From positions 12,942 to 76,941 of the forward strand of contig SVHI01000003.1 of NCBI GenBank assembly GCA_015055905.1: DNA of 64,000 nucleotides, given 5' to 3'. Source of the stretch: Clostridiales bacterium. Its GTDB lineage: Bacteria; Bacillota; Clostridia; Christensenellales; UBA1242. The number at the start of each line of letters is the position of its first letter. Position 1 is the first letter of the stretch. Of the stretch, positions 9,278-17,982 are shown one piece after another. Under the pieces are notes generated by a model. The model saw nothing but the letters and a program-made list of their open reading frames with translations, was not told the origin of the DNA and searched no databases. Made by a program: the position numbers and the translations under genes.

Positions 9278-10008
9278 CCCTTATTTTTTTCTTCTTTTTC
9301 TTTCTCTTCAGCAAGTTCTCTTTCGAGGTCTTTGAAAATTTGTTGTTTTTCTTTTCTTGCGTTCATATCATTGTATTTTTTAGAAAGCATTTTGCCTTGT
9401 GATTCAACATAGATTCTTGGAATTAAAAATAAAACTACAAAAATTGAAGACTCAACAATGATTTGATGAACAAAAACAAATACGATTGATGTGATAAACA
9501 TAAAAAATCCAACAACCATATAGCCGTGATTGGCTGAAAAGTGTGATTGACGCCAAATAAACTCTGTTGTAATTGTTCGTTTTGAATAGATGCCAAGTTT
9601 GTGTTTATAAGGCATTGTTTTGAGTTTTATGCCATAGAAGAACACAAGCAGTGATATCGGCAAGAATAACGAAAGCGATGTTGGGATAAGGCTTTTTGCG
9701 CCGAGCACAAATGTTGTTTCGGTGCAGAAATAACTGTAGCCCAACATATTTTCATATAGGAACAGGATGACAAGTTCAGTCATTATGATTTTTACAGATT
9801 CCTTTTTTGTTAAAACGAAGAATGTGGCAAAAACCAGTGGCAAACAGATTCCAATTAAAAGGAACCATTTTGAACCCAAAACTGCAATGTTTCCGTTTGG
9901 GTGAGTGAAATAAGGAACTTTGTCTGGAACCAACAAAAACAAAAGTGTTAGGCACACTGCCAAATTTAATATAGATACAACTATGATTTTTATATTATTT
10001 TTTTTCAT
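9274..10008 (-). CDS. DUF1648-like integral membrane protein with a Lys/Glu-rich C-terminal tail
   Basis: N-terminal TM helix followed by VPDKVPYFTHPNGNIAVLGSKW, resembling the DUF1648 (P..iP.H.n..G) motif. Multiple TM helices are present. Confidence 0.5.
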   Translation of the reverse strand: MKKNNIKIIVVSILNLAVCLTLLFLLVPDKVPYFTHPNGNIAVLGSKWFLLIGICLPLVFATFFVLTKKESVKIIMTELVILFLYENMLGYSYFCTETTFVLGAKSLIPTSLSLFLPISLLVFFYGIKLKTMPYKHKLGIYSKRTITTEFIWRQSHFSANHGYMVVGFFMFITSIVFVFVHQIIVESSIFVVLFLIPRIYVESQGKMLSKKYNDMNARKEKQQIFKDLERELAEEKEKEEKNKG

Positions 10009-10014
10009 AGATTT

Positions 10015-10043
10015 ATGGTAGTTGATAAAATTTTTTTTGTCAA
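10015..10043 (-). promoter_or_regulatory. Promoter TTGACA-17-TACCAT with the -10 placed 6 nt before ATG 10008 (candidate leaderless)
   Basis: The minus strand reads TTGACA aaaaaaattttatcaac TACCAT aaatct ATG. Confidence 0.5.
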
Positions 10044-10072
10044 CAAAAACCAGACCTTTTGAAGGGTCTGGC
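10044..10072 (-). terminator. Intrinsic terminator of veg
   Basis: CCAGACC/GGTCTGG stem followed by a T-run on the minus strand. Confidence 0.65.
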
Positions 10073-10077
10073 TGTTT

Positions 10078-10320
10078 TTAGTTTGTGCTGAGTTTGTTGA
10101 TTACGACGTCGCCGCAAAGCACTTCGGTGTATGAGTAGGAAAGAGGGTTTTTGCCTCCGCCAATATTCACTGTGAAAATGCTTGGATAGACATTTTCAAT
10201 CACGCCTTGATATTTTTCAATTTTTCTTCTGCCTTTGTTTATTTCCATTGAAATACTAGAACCTTTTAGTTTTCCAATTTCTTCAATAACCGTTGAAACA
10301 TTTGTGTTTACTTTTCTCAT
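10078..10320 (-). CDS. veg: Veg family protein (DUF1021)
   Basis: GRRKIEKYQGVIENVYPSIFTV...SYSYTEVL matches the B. subtilis Veg pattern (GGRRK...YPSVF...SYSY). A GGAGA SD favours ATG 10320 over 10326. Confidence 0.85.
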   Translation of the reverse strand: MRKVNTNVSTVIEEIGKLKGSSISMEINKGRRKIEKYQGVIENVYPSIFTVNIGGGKNPLSYSYTEVLCGDVVINKLSTN

Positions 10321-10425
10321 AGTCATCTCCTCTAAGTTTGATTTTTTCCGTAAAATTAAAATTTATTCAAAAAATGTAATATTTCTTATTTTGGCATAAT
10401 AGACTATTGCTAGTGGGGGATTTGT

Positions 10426-11895
10426 ATGGAAAATTTGGCAATTGGTGCTAGAAAAAAGATTACTTTAGATAAATATTTTTCAAGTGTAAAAGTTGTCGTT
10501 GCAAATGGTATTAAAGACATTGTAAAAACTTCAGTTAGGGCAGATGTTTTGTCGAATGAAATCACTAATAACTTTGTGGTTTTGACGGGCAAACTTTTTG
10601 TCGATTTGGTTTATTTGAGTGAGGAAAACGTGGTTGAATCTTCAAGCAATGTCATTGATTTTGTTGAGAGACAAAAGTTTGATTTTTCTCTTGCTGACCT
10701 TTCGGTGACAGATGATGTAAATGTTGAAAAAATCGCGTTTTCTGGCAGCGAAGTGGTTTGTGACATTGCTCATAAAACTGAAATTTTTGGAATTCAAAAA
10801 TATATGGTTTGCAAGGTTGATGACAATGAAAAAGAACTCGTTTTCAAGAAAAAGACAATTGAGTGTTTAAACTTTATTGCAGCAGGGGAAGATAGATTTG
10901 TTGTTGCTGAAGAAGTTGAGTCAAACTTAAAGACTCCTGTGATTTTGTCTAACAGTGCAAAACTTGTGATTAGTGAAATCGTGCCAGCGGTTGACAAAAT
11001 TGTTATCGATGGAAAGGTTATTGTTTCGACTTTATATAAAGACGAAGACGATGTTGGCGAAACGCAAAAAGATATTGAGTTTAGACAAGAAATTGAGGTT
11101 AAGTCGGCATCGCTTTCAATGGTTGCAGACGCACTTGTTAGAACTACAAACATTTCAGTTGTTGCAGACGAAAAAGACGGGAAAACAACAATTTCTTATG
11201 TTGTTGACCTTTATGCAAAAGCCTATTTATTTGAAAATGTTAGTGTTTTAACTTTTGATGATGTGTTTTCACTTAAAAATGAAATTGTTCCAACCTATGA
11301 TTATTTAGAACTTTCTAGTGAAGACGGCTATAAGTTTGACACTGATATGATGCTTTTTCAAACCGATATTTCAGGGCTAAGTGACTTTGATGATATGATT
11401 GGTGTTTATATGCCAAGACTTGAGAGTGTTGAGTTTGTTGACGGCGGTGAAAATGTTGTGATTAACTCGAAAATTTCCGCTATTGCGCTCTATAAAACAT
11501 TGAATGGAATTCAAAAACTTGACCTTGTTTATGATGCGAAATTTGAGACTGACAAAGATATTTCAAAGGCAGTTTCAAAGATTGTTCCAACAATTTCAGT
11601 TTCATCATTTAAAGTTAAGGCAGGAAAGGACCTTGAAACATCGTTCTCGCTTGGCTACAAAATTTTATATGAAAAAACTCAGGTTGAAAAATATGTTAAG
11701 TCTTTTGAAATGAAACAAGAAAAACAACAAGATGATTCAGCGGTTAGAGTTTATATTTTAAAAGAAAGTCAAGACCTTTTTGAAGTGGCTAAAGTTTTAA
11801 ATGTTAAGCCTGAAATTATCGCTGAACAAAATGAAGTTGACGGGGTGCTTGAATCTGGTCAAAAAGTTTATATTTACTCGCCATTAAATAATTAA
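10426..11895 (+). CDS. DUF3794-like repeat protein with a C-terminal LysM domain
   Basis: C-terminal VRVYILKESQDLFEVAKVLNVKPEIIAEQNEV...GQKVYIY has the LysM pattern. The beta-rich N-terminal region is typical of SpoVID/SafA-type neighbours of veg. Confidence 0.5.
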   Translation: MENLAIGARKKITLDKYFSSVKVVVANGIKDIVKTSVRADVLSNEITNNFVVLTGKLFVDLVYLSEENVVESSSNVIDFVERQKFDFSLADLSVTDDVNVEKIAFSGSEVVCDIAHKTEIFGIQKYMVCKVDDNEKELVFKKKTIECLNFIAAGEDRFVVAEEVESNLKTPVILSNSAKLVISEIVPAVDKIVIDGKVIVSTLYKDEDDVGETQKDIEFRQEIEVKSASLSMVADALVRTTNISVVADEKDGKTTISYVVDLYAKAYLFENVSVLTFDDVFSLKNEIVPTYDYLELSSEDGYKFDTDMMLFQTDISGLSDFDDMIGVYMPRLESVEFVDGGENVVINSKISAIALYKTLNGIQKLDLVYDAKFETDKDISKAVSKIVPTISVSSFKVKAGKDLETSFSLGYKILYEKTQVEKYVKSFEMKQEKQQDDSAVRVYILKESQDLFEVAKVLNVKPEIIAEQNEVDGVLESGQKVYIYSPLNN

Positions 11896-11959
11896 CCAAA
11901 GCAATAGACAAAACTGTTCAAATGTGTTAAAATTGGGTTAGTTTATTTTGGAGAGTAAT

Positions 11960-12934
11960 ATGGATAAACGATATGTGAGTTCAAAGGAAAAAGAAAACCT
12001 TTACAATGAAAGAAATTTGTTTTTGCTCAACATTAGGGAACTTAGAGATATTGGCAGAAAGCTTGGTGTTGTTTCGCCAACAACAATGAAAAAAGAAGTT
12101 CTTGTTGATAGCATTTTAAAAATAATTTATGGCGAAGTTAAAACCGAAGTTAGAAGTGCTTATGGCAGACCTAGCGTTCGCGAGTTTGACATTAATCATT
12201 ATTTAGAAAAAATCAAGAAAAGGTCACAGCTTTCGCCTGATGATGTTGACTCGGTTTTCAAGGTTGCTAGCCACGAAGAAAAAGACCTCACAAACGAGGT
12301 TGTTCAACGCATTTTTGTTGAAGATAATGGCAAATTCTTTATTAGAGAAAGAGGATTTGTTGCATCTAAAACCGACATTGAAGTTTCTCGCGAGACCGTT
12401 GAAAAGTTTGGCTTAGAGAACTTTGACGTTGTTGAGGTTATTGTTGAAGCAGAAGTGTTTAAAATTATTTCTGTTAATGGGGAAATGGTTAATGACCTTA
12501 ATTCAACCATTAAGCAAACCGCTAAGTCTGGTCAAAAACAGGTTTTTAATTTACGCACAAAAGAAGAAATACAAAAAGAAATTAGAGATTTAGAAAAAAG
12601 TTGCGAAGACAACAATGTTCATTTGATGGTGTTCTCAAGCGATGAATATTTTGGAAAGAACACACACTGTGTAGTTGTTGAAAATGATGAACAACCAAAC
12701 AAGGTTTACAAAAAACTTGTTAGTTTTGTTGATGCTTGTGAAAAGTGTGTTTTTGAAAATAAAAACATTGTTGTTGCAGTTGATGTTTTCGACTTTGTTA
12801 ATGACGCTATTGATTCGTTTGGAAATGAGTCTTCTGCAAGAATAAAAAAACATCTCCAACAAAAGTTTGAAACACTTTTGAAGCTTGGAAATGCTTTGAA
12901 TATTTACAAAATTGAAAATGAAAGAAAATATTAA
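11960..12934 (+). CDS. Hypothetical protein with an N-terminal Rho_N/SAP-like helix-hairpin; no ATPase motifs
   Basis: LNIRELRDIGRKLGVVSPTTMKKEVLVDSIL resembles the Rho N-terminal domain. GGAGAG SD precedes ATG 11960, whereas the track uses TTG 11948. No Walker A motif. Confidence 0.5.
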   Translation: MDKRYVSSKEKENLYNERNLFLLNIRELRDIGRKLGVVSPTTMKKEVLVDSILKIIYGEVKTEVRSAYGRPSVREFDINHYLEKIKKRSQLSPDDVDSVFKVASHEEKDLTNEVVQRIFVEDNGKFFIRERGFVASKTDIEVSRETVEKFGLENFDVVEVIVEAEVFKIISVNGEMVNDLNSTIKQTAKSGQKQVFNLRTKEEIQKEIRDLEKSCEDNNVHLMVFSSDEYFGKNTHCVVVENDEQPNKVYKKLVSFVDACEKCVFENKNIVVAVDVFDFVNDAIDSFGNESSARIKKHLQQKFETLLKLGNALNIYKIENERKY

Positions 12935-13197
12935 TTTGATAGAGTTGCGTTTTCGATTATAAACCTATCAAAGTCAATAGATTCAACAAAGTCTCTTGGG
13001 AGAAATGTTGTGTTATTAAAGTCCACATAATTCGTTATGTGGCTTTTTAATATAAGGGGAGTTGGAATGTCGAGTTCGTGGCAAATTTTCTCGAGATGCT
13101 TGAAAAGTGTTGCTTCCGAAAAATTGTCTATGCTTTCATAGATGTATGACCTTGTTATTTTTCCTTCAAGGGTTGTTCTTGCCCAAATTCTAATCAT
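12931..13197 (-). CDS. Hypothetical protein (88 aa)
   Basis: AGGAG SD 8 nt upstream. Its stop overlaps the convergent gene's stop by 4 nt. No recognised domain. Confidence 0.5.
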   Translation of the reverse strand: MIRIWARTTLEGKITRSYIYESIDNFSEATLFKHLEKICHELDIPTPLILKSHITNYVDFNNTTFLPRDFVESIDFDRFIIENATLSN

Positions 13198-13275
13198 AAC
13201 TACTCCTAAAAAATTTATAGGCTTATAATAACAAAAATAAAAAAATATAGCAACTAAATCATTTTCAAAATTAGA

Positions 13276-13303
13276 TTGACAAATCTAAAAAATAGTATAT
13301 AAT
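13276..13303 (+). promoter_or_regulatory. Sigma-70-type promoter of greA
   Basis: TTGACA-16-TATAAT. Confidence 0.6.
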
Positions 13304-13341
13304 ACTAATGTAATTTTTATATTTGCTTAGGGAGGCAAAAT

Positions 13342-13809
13342 ATGGCAGAGTTATTTATAACAGAAGAGGGAAAAGCTGAAAAAGAAGAAAGATTGAGATA
13401 TTTGAAAAACGTTAAAAGACCAGAAGTTCTTGATAAACTCAAAGTTGCTCGTGACTTTGGTGACCTTAGCGAAAACTCAGAATATGACGCAGCAAAAAAA
13501 GAACAAGCATTTGTTGAAACTGAAATTGCTCAAATTGAAGAAACACTTAGAAAAGCAAAAATCATTTCTGCAAAAGAAGTTAAAAATGATGAAGTTAGTG
13601 TTGGAAACAGCGTTGTAGTTTTCGATATGGATTTTGAAGAAGAAGACACATACAAAATTGTTGGTGTTATTGAAAGTGACCCAAACAAAAACTATGTTTC
13701 AAATGAATCTCCAATCGGCAAAGCGCTTTTAGGAAAGAAGGTTGGTGAAATCGCTGACATTGAAACTCCAGAAGGTGTTATTCAAATGAAAGTTTTGAAA
13801 ATCTTTTAA
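13342..13809 (+). CDS. greA: Transcription elongation factor GreA
   Basis: 155 aa with RDFGDLSENSEYDAAKKEQ in the coiled-coil finger and a C-terminal FKBP-like domain. Confidence 0.95.
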   Translation: MAELFITEEGKAEKEERLRYLKNVKRPEVLDKLKVARDFGDLSENSEYDAAKKEQAFVETEIAQIEETLRKAKIISAKEVKNDEVSVGNSVVVFDMDFEEEDTYKIVGVIESDPNKNYVSNESPIGKALLGKKVGEIADIETPEGVIQMKVLKIF

Positions 13810-13810
13810 A

Positions 13811-13837
13811 ATATGGCATTCGTGCCATATTTTTTTT
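13811..13837 (+). terminator. Intrinsic terminator
   Basis: ATATGGCA-ttcg-TGCCATAT followed by T7. Confidence 0.75.
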
Positions 13838-13897
13838 GTAACAATTAATATTCTTGACTTTAAACCAGATTTTAATTAAAGTATTATTAGGTGGATT

Positions 13898-14884
13898 ATG
13901 CTGAATTTCGATAAACTAATTTTTTCAAGCAATGCATATAATATATTGTCTCTTGACTGCAAGTCAAAGAGGATTTCTCACGCCTATTTATTTGCGAGCA
14001 AAGATGAAAACCTCTTAAAGAGATTTTGCGAGGTTTGTGCAAAGCTTTTTATTAATCTTGACCCAAGCGCAAACGAAGAAAAAAACAATCTCAGGATTGA
14101 CAAGGGTGTCCACCCAGATGTTAAGTTTTTTGGACTTGATAAAACCATTAACACTGAAACAGCAAAAGACATTGTTGAGCAGGCGAGTTACAGCCCGTTT
14201 GAGAGTGACAAAAAAGTGTTTGTTTTGTGGAATGTTGGTTCAATGAATGAGGCGTCACAAAACAAGATTTTAAAAACTATTGAAGAACCACCAGAAAACA
14301 CATTCTTTGTGCTTGCTGCAAACAGTACAGTTAAACTTTTGCCAACAATTTTGTCAAGAATCAAACTTATTGAAATTGATGAGTTAAAGGCAGAACAAAT
14401 CTATGAGATGTTAGTGGAATCTGGGGTTGAAAAAACCAGAGCAGAAATTTGTTCAAGCTCAGCAAGGGGAAATGCAACCTATGCAGAAAAACTTGCGACT
14501 GATGATGGATTTTTAGATTTTTATAATCAAATTGTTTCTGCGTTTTTTGAGATAAACGGAAGCCGTGATGTTTTGAAATTTTCTAACATTTTCAATGCAA
14601 AAACAATAAACAAAAGAGAGTTTTTGGACATATTTATGATGATTGCTAGAGACGTTTCAATGATTATTGCGAAAAATGACGGCTTGGTGGTTAATAAAAA
14701 CTTGATTTCAAAATTAAAAGTTGTGGCGTCAATGCTTAACTTTGACGCTGTTAGTGAAGTTATAAAAGAATGTTTGGAACAAAAGAAAAACCTTGACTAT
14801 AACGTTAATGGAACTAGTGTTATTGATAGCGTTCTTTTTAAACTTGCGGAGGTAAAGGTAAAATGCAGAAGATTATTGGCTTAA
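13898..14884 (+). CDS. holB: DNA polymerase III subunit delta'
   Basis: ISHAYLF, FVLWNVGSMNEASQNKILKTIEEPP and LPTILSRI motifs, with no intact Walker A. Synteny with ricT. Confidence 0.8.
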   Translation: MLNFDKLIFSSNAYNILSLDCKSKRISHAYLFASKDENLLKRFCEVCAKLFINLDPSANEEKNNLRIDKGVHPDVKFFGLDKTINTETAKDIVEQASYSPFESDKKVFVLWNVGSMNEASQNKILKTIEEPPENTFFVLAANSTVKLLPTILSRIKLIEIDELKAEQIYEMLVESGVEKTRAEICSSSARGNATYAEKLATDDGFLDFYNQIVSAFFEINGSRDVLKFSNIFNAKTINKREFLDIFMMIARDVSMIIAKNDGLVVNKNLISKLKVVASMLNFDAVSEVIKECLEQKKNLDYNVNGTSVIDSVLFKLAEVKVKCRRLLA

Positions 14885-15879
14885 AGAAAAATGGCGACAA
14901 CTCAATCTATTATGTTGCAAACAATGGCGAGTATAAGGTTGGTGACAAGGTTGTTGTTGATATGGACGATTTTTTGTCGGTTGCAACAGTTGTTCGTGAT
15001 GATGTTAACTTGAAAGAGCAAGTTGATGATGTTAACAAAATTGTGAGACTTGCCAGCGACGCTGATGAGAAAAAATATATTGAACTTCAAGGCAAAGCAA
15101 AAACACATATTCCTGCAATCAAGAAAAAATCACTTGAACTTGGGCTTATGATGAAGTTTGTGAGCGCCGAGTTTAGTTTGGATAATTCAAAAATAATGAT
15201 TGTGTTCTCAAGTGAGGAAAGAGTTGACTTTAGACAACTTTTAAAAGACCTTGCAACACTCCTCAAAACAAGAATCAAACTCAAACAAGTTGGTCAAAGA
15301 GATGAAGTGAAGATGATGGGCGGTGTTGGACCTTGCGGAGAGCCTTGCTGCTGTGCAAGATTCTTGAAAGGTTTTGAACACGTAACTGTAAAAATGGCAA
15401 AGGTTCAAGGTTTGTCACTTTCTCCAACAAAAATTAATGGTGTTTGTGGCAGACTTATGTGCTGTTTGGGTTATGAATCAGAAATGTATGAAAAAATCTT
15501 GGCGAAAATGCCAAAGATTAACAGTGAAGTTGTTTGTCCAAACGGAAAGGGAACAGTTGTTTATAATGATATTTTGAGAGAAAGAGTTTCGGTTAAACGC
15601 CAAACAGAAAGTGATAGCATTGTTGTTGAGGACTTTGACCTTTGTGAAATTGAAGGTTTCGGTGACGGGAAAAAGAAAGAAAAGCACGAAGAAAAACCTC
15701 AAAATGACAAAAAGGATAAGCCTTTCAAAAAGGAAAACAGAGAAAACAAAAAGCCTGAAACTAAAAACGAACCTGAAGTTATTGAACTTGGATTAAAACA
15801 AGGTGAAAAGAAAGAAAATAACTTTAAAAACAACCACAAGAAAAAATTTCATAAAAATAATAAAAACAAACCTCAATAG
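14863..15879 (+). CDS. ricT: PSP1-domain regulator RicT (YaaT) with a Lys-rich C-terminal tail
   Basis: PSP1 core (KFVSAEFSLDNSKIMIVFSSEERVDFRQLLKDLA) and a Cys cluster (GPCGEPCCCARF...CGRLMCC). Confidence 0.85.
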   Translation: MQKIIGLKKNGDNSIYYVANNGEYKVGDKVVVDMDDFLSVATVVRDDVNLKEQVDDVNKIVRLASDADEKKYIELQGKAKTHIPAIKKKSLELGLMMKFVSAEFSLDNSKIMIVFSSEERVDFRQLLKDLATLLKTRIKLKQVGQRDEVKMMGGVGPCGEPCCCARFLKGFEHVTVKMAKVQGLSLSPTKINGVCGRLMCCLGYESEMYEKILAKMPKINSEVVCPNGKGTVVYNDILRERVSVKRQTESDSIVVEDFDLCEIEGFGDGKKKEKHEEKPQNDKKDKPFKKENRENKKPETKNEPEVIELGLKQGEKKENNFKNNHKKKFHKNNKNKPQ

Positions 15880-15941
15880 GTTGAAAAACATTTCAAAAGT
15901 TGTATAATAAAAATGTATAAAAAATTTAGGAGATGAAAAAT

Positions 15942-16118
15942 ATGGCATACAAAATTGATGAAGAAAAATGTGTAGGTTGTGCAGCTTGCGTAGACGCTTG
16001 CCCAGCAGCAGCAATCACTCTTGGTGATGACGGAAAAGCTCACATCGACGCTGAAAAATGCATTTCTTGCGGAACTTGCGCAGCAGTTTGCCCAGTAGGT
16101 GCACCAGTTGAAGAATAA
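15942..16118 (+). CDS. 2x[4Fe-4S] ferredoxin
   Basis: Two CxxCxxCxxxCP motifs in 58 aa. An AGGAG SD lies 9 nt before ATG 15942, whereas the track start 15933 abuts the SD. Confidence 0.85.
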   Translation: MAYKIDEEKCVGCAACVDACPAAAITLGDDGKAHIDAEKCISCGTCAAVCPVGAPVEE

Positions 16119-16845
16119 TCTGGTTCACGAGGGTGAAAGACTTGATGACCTTGAATATAATGATTTGAAACTTATTCAAAATATAAAAGGCTACAAGTTT
16201 TCAACCGACTCGGTGATACTTGCAAACTTTGGTCACGCAAGACCAAACGATGTATATGTTGATTTGTGTAGCGGCTCGGGTGTAGTCGCTATACTTTTTT
16301 CGTGTAAGAATAATTTGAACAAGGCTTATGCTTTGGAACTTCAGCCAGCACTTGCTGATATGGCAAAAAGGTCGATTGAGTTTAATGGCCTTGAAGAAAA
16401 AATTGAGGTTATCAATGATGATTTGTTGAATCTTGACAAGGTTTTTGGCTGTGAAAAGGTTGATGTTATCACAGTTAACCCACCATATAATGAGGTGGGC
16501 GAGACTTCGGTTACTGACGAAATCGCAATAGCCACTCACGAATTGAAAACTAATCTTGAAACCATTGCAAGAGTTTCAAGCCGTGCGCTTAAGTTTGGTG
16601 GGAAACTCTATATGGTTCATAGAGCCGACAGGCTTGCTAGCATTATTTACGAATTGAAAAAAAATAAGCTTGAACCAAAGGTTATGAGGGTTGTTTATCC
16701 AAAAGTGGGAAAAGAACCAAACCTTGTTTTGATTGAAGCAAAAAAGGGTGCCAAACCTGGTTTAAAGATTATGCAACCCTTAATTTTGAATAATGAAGAC
16801 GGAACCGAAACTGAAGAACTTAAAAAAATCTATTCAAGAAAATAA
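16099..16845 (+). CDS. tRNA (adenine-N6)-methyltransferase-like (YabB/TrmN6 family); start uncertain
   Basis: ERLDDL...FSTDSVILANF, a SAM motif (DLCSGSGVV) and the catalytic ITVNPPY. It occupies the yabB synteny position. The start could be GTG 16099 or TTG 16108. Confidence 0.75.
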   Translation: MHQLKNNLVHEGERLDDLEYNDLKLIQNIKGYKFSTDSVILANFGHARPNDVYVDLCSGSGVVAILFSCKNNLNKAYALELQPALADMAKRSIEFNGLEEKIEVINDDLLNLDKVFGCEKVDVITVNPPYNEVGETSVTDEIAIATHELKTNLETIARVSSRALKFGGKLYMVHRADRLASIIYELKKNKLEPKVMRVVYPKVGKEPNLVLIEAKKGAKPGLKIMQPLILNNEDGTETEELKKIYSRK

Positions 16846-17376
16846 TCAAATTATTCTGCAGACTGCGCACGAAATCACTGCGCCAATCAATGCAGATAGC
16901 AAACAAACTGGGATAACATATCTCAGTTTTTTTATTTTGGTTGTCGAAAAGTATACCGCAATAACATAAAAAGTTGTTTCAGAACAACTCATAATGACGC
17001 TTGCACATTTTGAAATGTAACTATCGGGACCATAGATTGAAAATAGGTTTGATAACATTCCAATCGAGCCAGAGCCTGTGAAAGGTCTCAAGATTAAAAA
17101 TTCAGTCAGTTCACTGGGAATTCCCAAAAACCCGAATACGGGGGAAGTTAGTTTTGAAATTTCACTTGATAGTCCGCTGGCTTCCAAAAGTTCAACGATT
17201 GAGAAAATTGCCACAAGATATGGAAAGGTGTTGATGCAAAGGTCAATGGCGTTTCTTGCGCCAGAAACAAAGCAATCATAGGCGTTTATTTTTTTAAATA
17301 GGCTATAAACCAAAATTAAGACAATGAAAACAGGAATAATATAATTAGCCATTTGTTTTGTCCTTTTTTCTGTCAA
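16846..17376 (-). CDS. spmB: Spore maturation protein B-like nucleoside-recognition membrane protein
   Basis: 176-aa polytopic membrane protein paired and overlapping with the spmA-like gene. Confidence 0.7.
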   Translation of the reverse strand: MTEKRTKQMANYIIPVFIVLILVYSLFKKINAYDCFVSGARNAIDLCINTFPYLVAIFSIVELLEASGLSSEISKLTSPVFGFLGIPSELTEFLILRPFTGSGSIGMLSNLFSIYGPDSYISKCASVIMSCSETTFYVIAVYFSTTKIKKLRYVIPVCLLSALIGAVISCAVCRII

Positions 17377-17941
17377 AAATAAAGTGGAATAAATAAACCA
17401 ACAAAATTGCGATGGCGGTTGAGATTATTGAGCATAAAATCGATGGAAGAATTATTGCTGTTGGCTCTTTGCTGCCAGCACTTGCTAGCATACCGATGAT
17501 TGATGTTGGCAGAAGCTGAACGCTTGAACAACTGATTGCAATTAGCATTATCATTGGAAAGGTTATTGTTGATTTATCTTTGTTGTCTTTTTGCATAGAT
17601 TCGATTGCTTTGATGCCCAGAGGCGTTGCCGCGCCGCCCATTCCTAAGAGATTTGCTGAGATGTTCATTGATACGTATTGTTTACTTTCATTTGAAAGGT
17701 TGCACTTGCCAAATATTTTGTTTATAATGGGTGATAGAAATTTGGATAATTTTTGTGATAGTCCGCTCTTTTCGAGAATCATAAAAAGACCCATCCAAAT
17801 TGCATAGATTGCACAGAGACTAAATGACAGTTTTACGGCGCTGTTTGACGCAGTTAAAAGACCTGACAAAACTTGTGTTGGGTCGCCAAAACACAATGCG
17901 ATTATGCTTATAACAAATAGAAAAATCCAAATCTTGTTCAT
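17345..17941 (-). CDS. spmA: Spore maturation protein A-like nucleoside-recognition membrane protein
   Basis: The MNKIWIFLFVISI... N-terminus and LGMGGAATPLGIKAIE motif are typical of SpmA/Gate-domain proteins. Confidence 0.7.
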   Translation of the reverse strand: MNKIWIFLFVISIIALCFGDPTQVLSGLLTASNSAVKLSFSLCAIYAIWMGLFMILEKSGLSQKLSKFLSPIINKIFGKCNLSNESKQYVSMNISANLLGMGGAATPLGIKAIESMQKDNKDKSTITFPMIMLIAISCSSVQLLPTSIIGMLASAGSKEPTAIILPSILCSIISTAIAILLVYLFHFIFDRKKDKTNG

Positions 17942-17982
17942 ATTAAAAAATATGAATAAAGTTTTAAATTTATGAGGTTAAA

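Noticed and set aside
11960-12934. Transcription termination factor Rho
   Set aside because: Only the about 40-aa N-terminal helix-hairpin resembles Rho. There is no cold-shock-like RNA-binding domain, no Walker A/B and no RecA fold, and the length is 324 aa compared with more than 400 for Rho.
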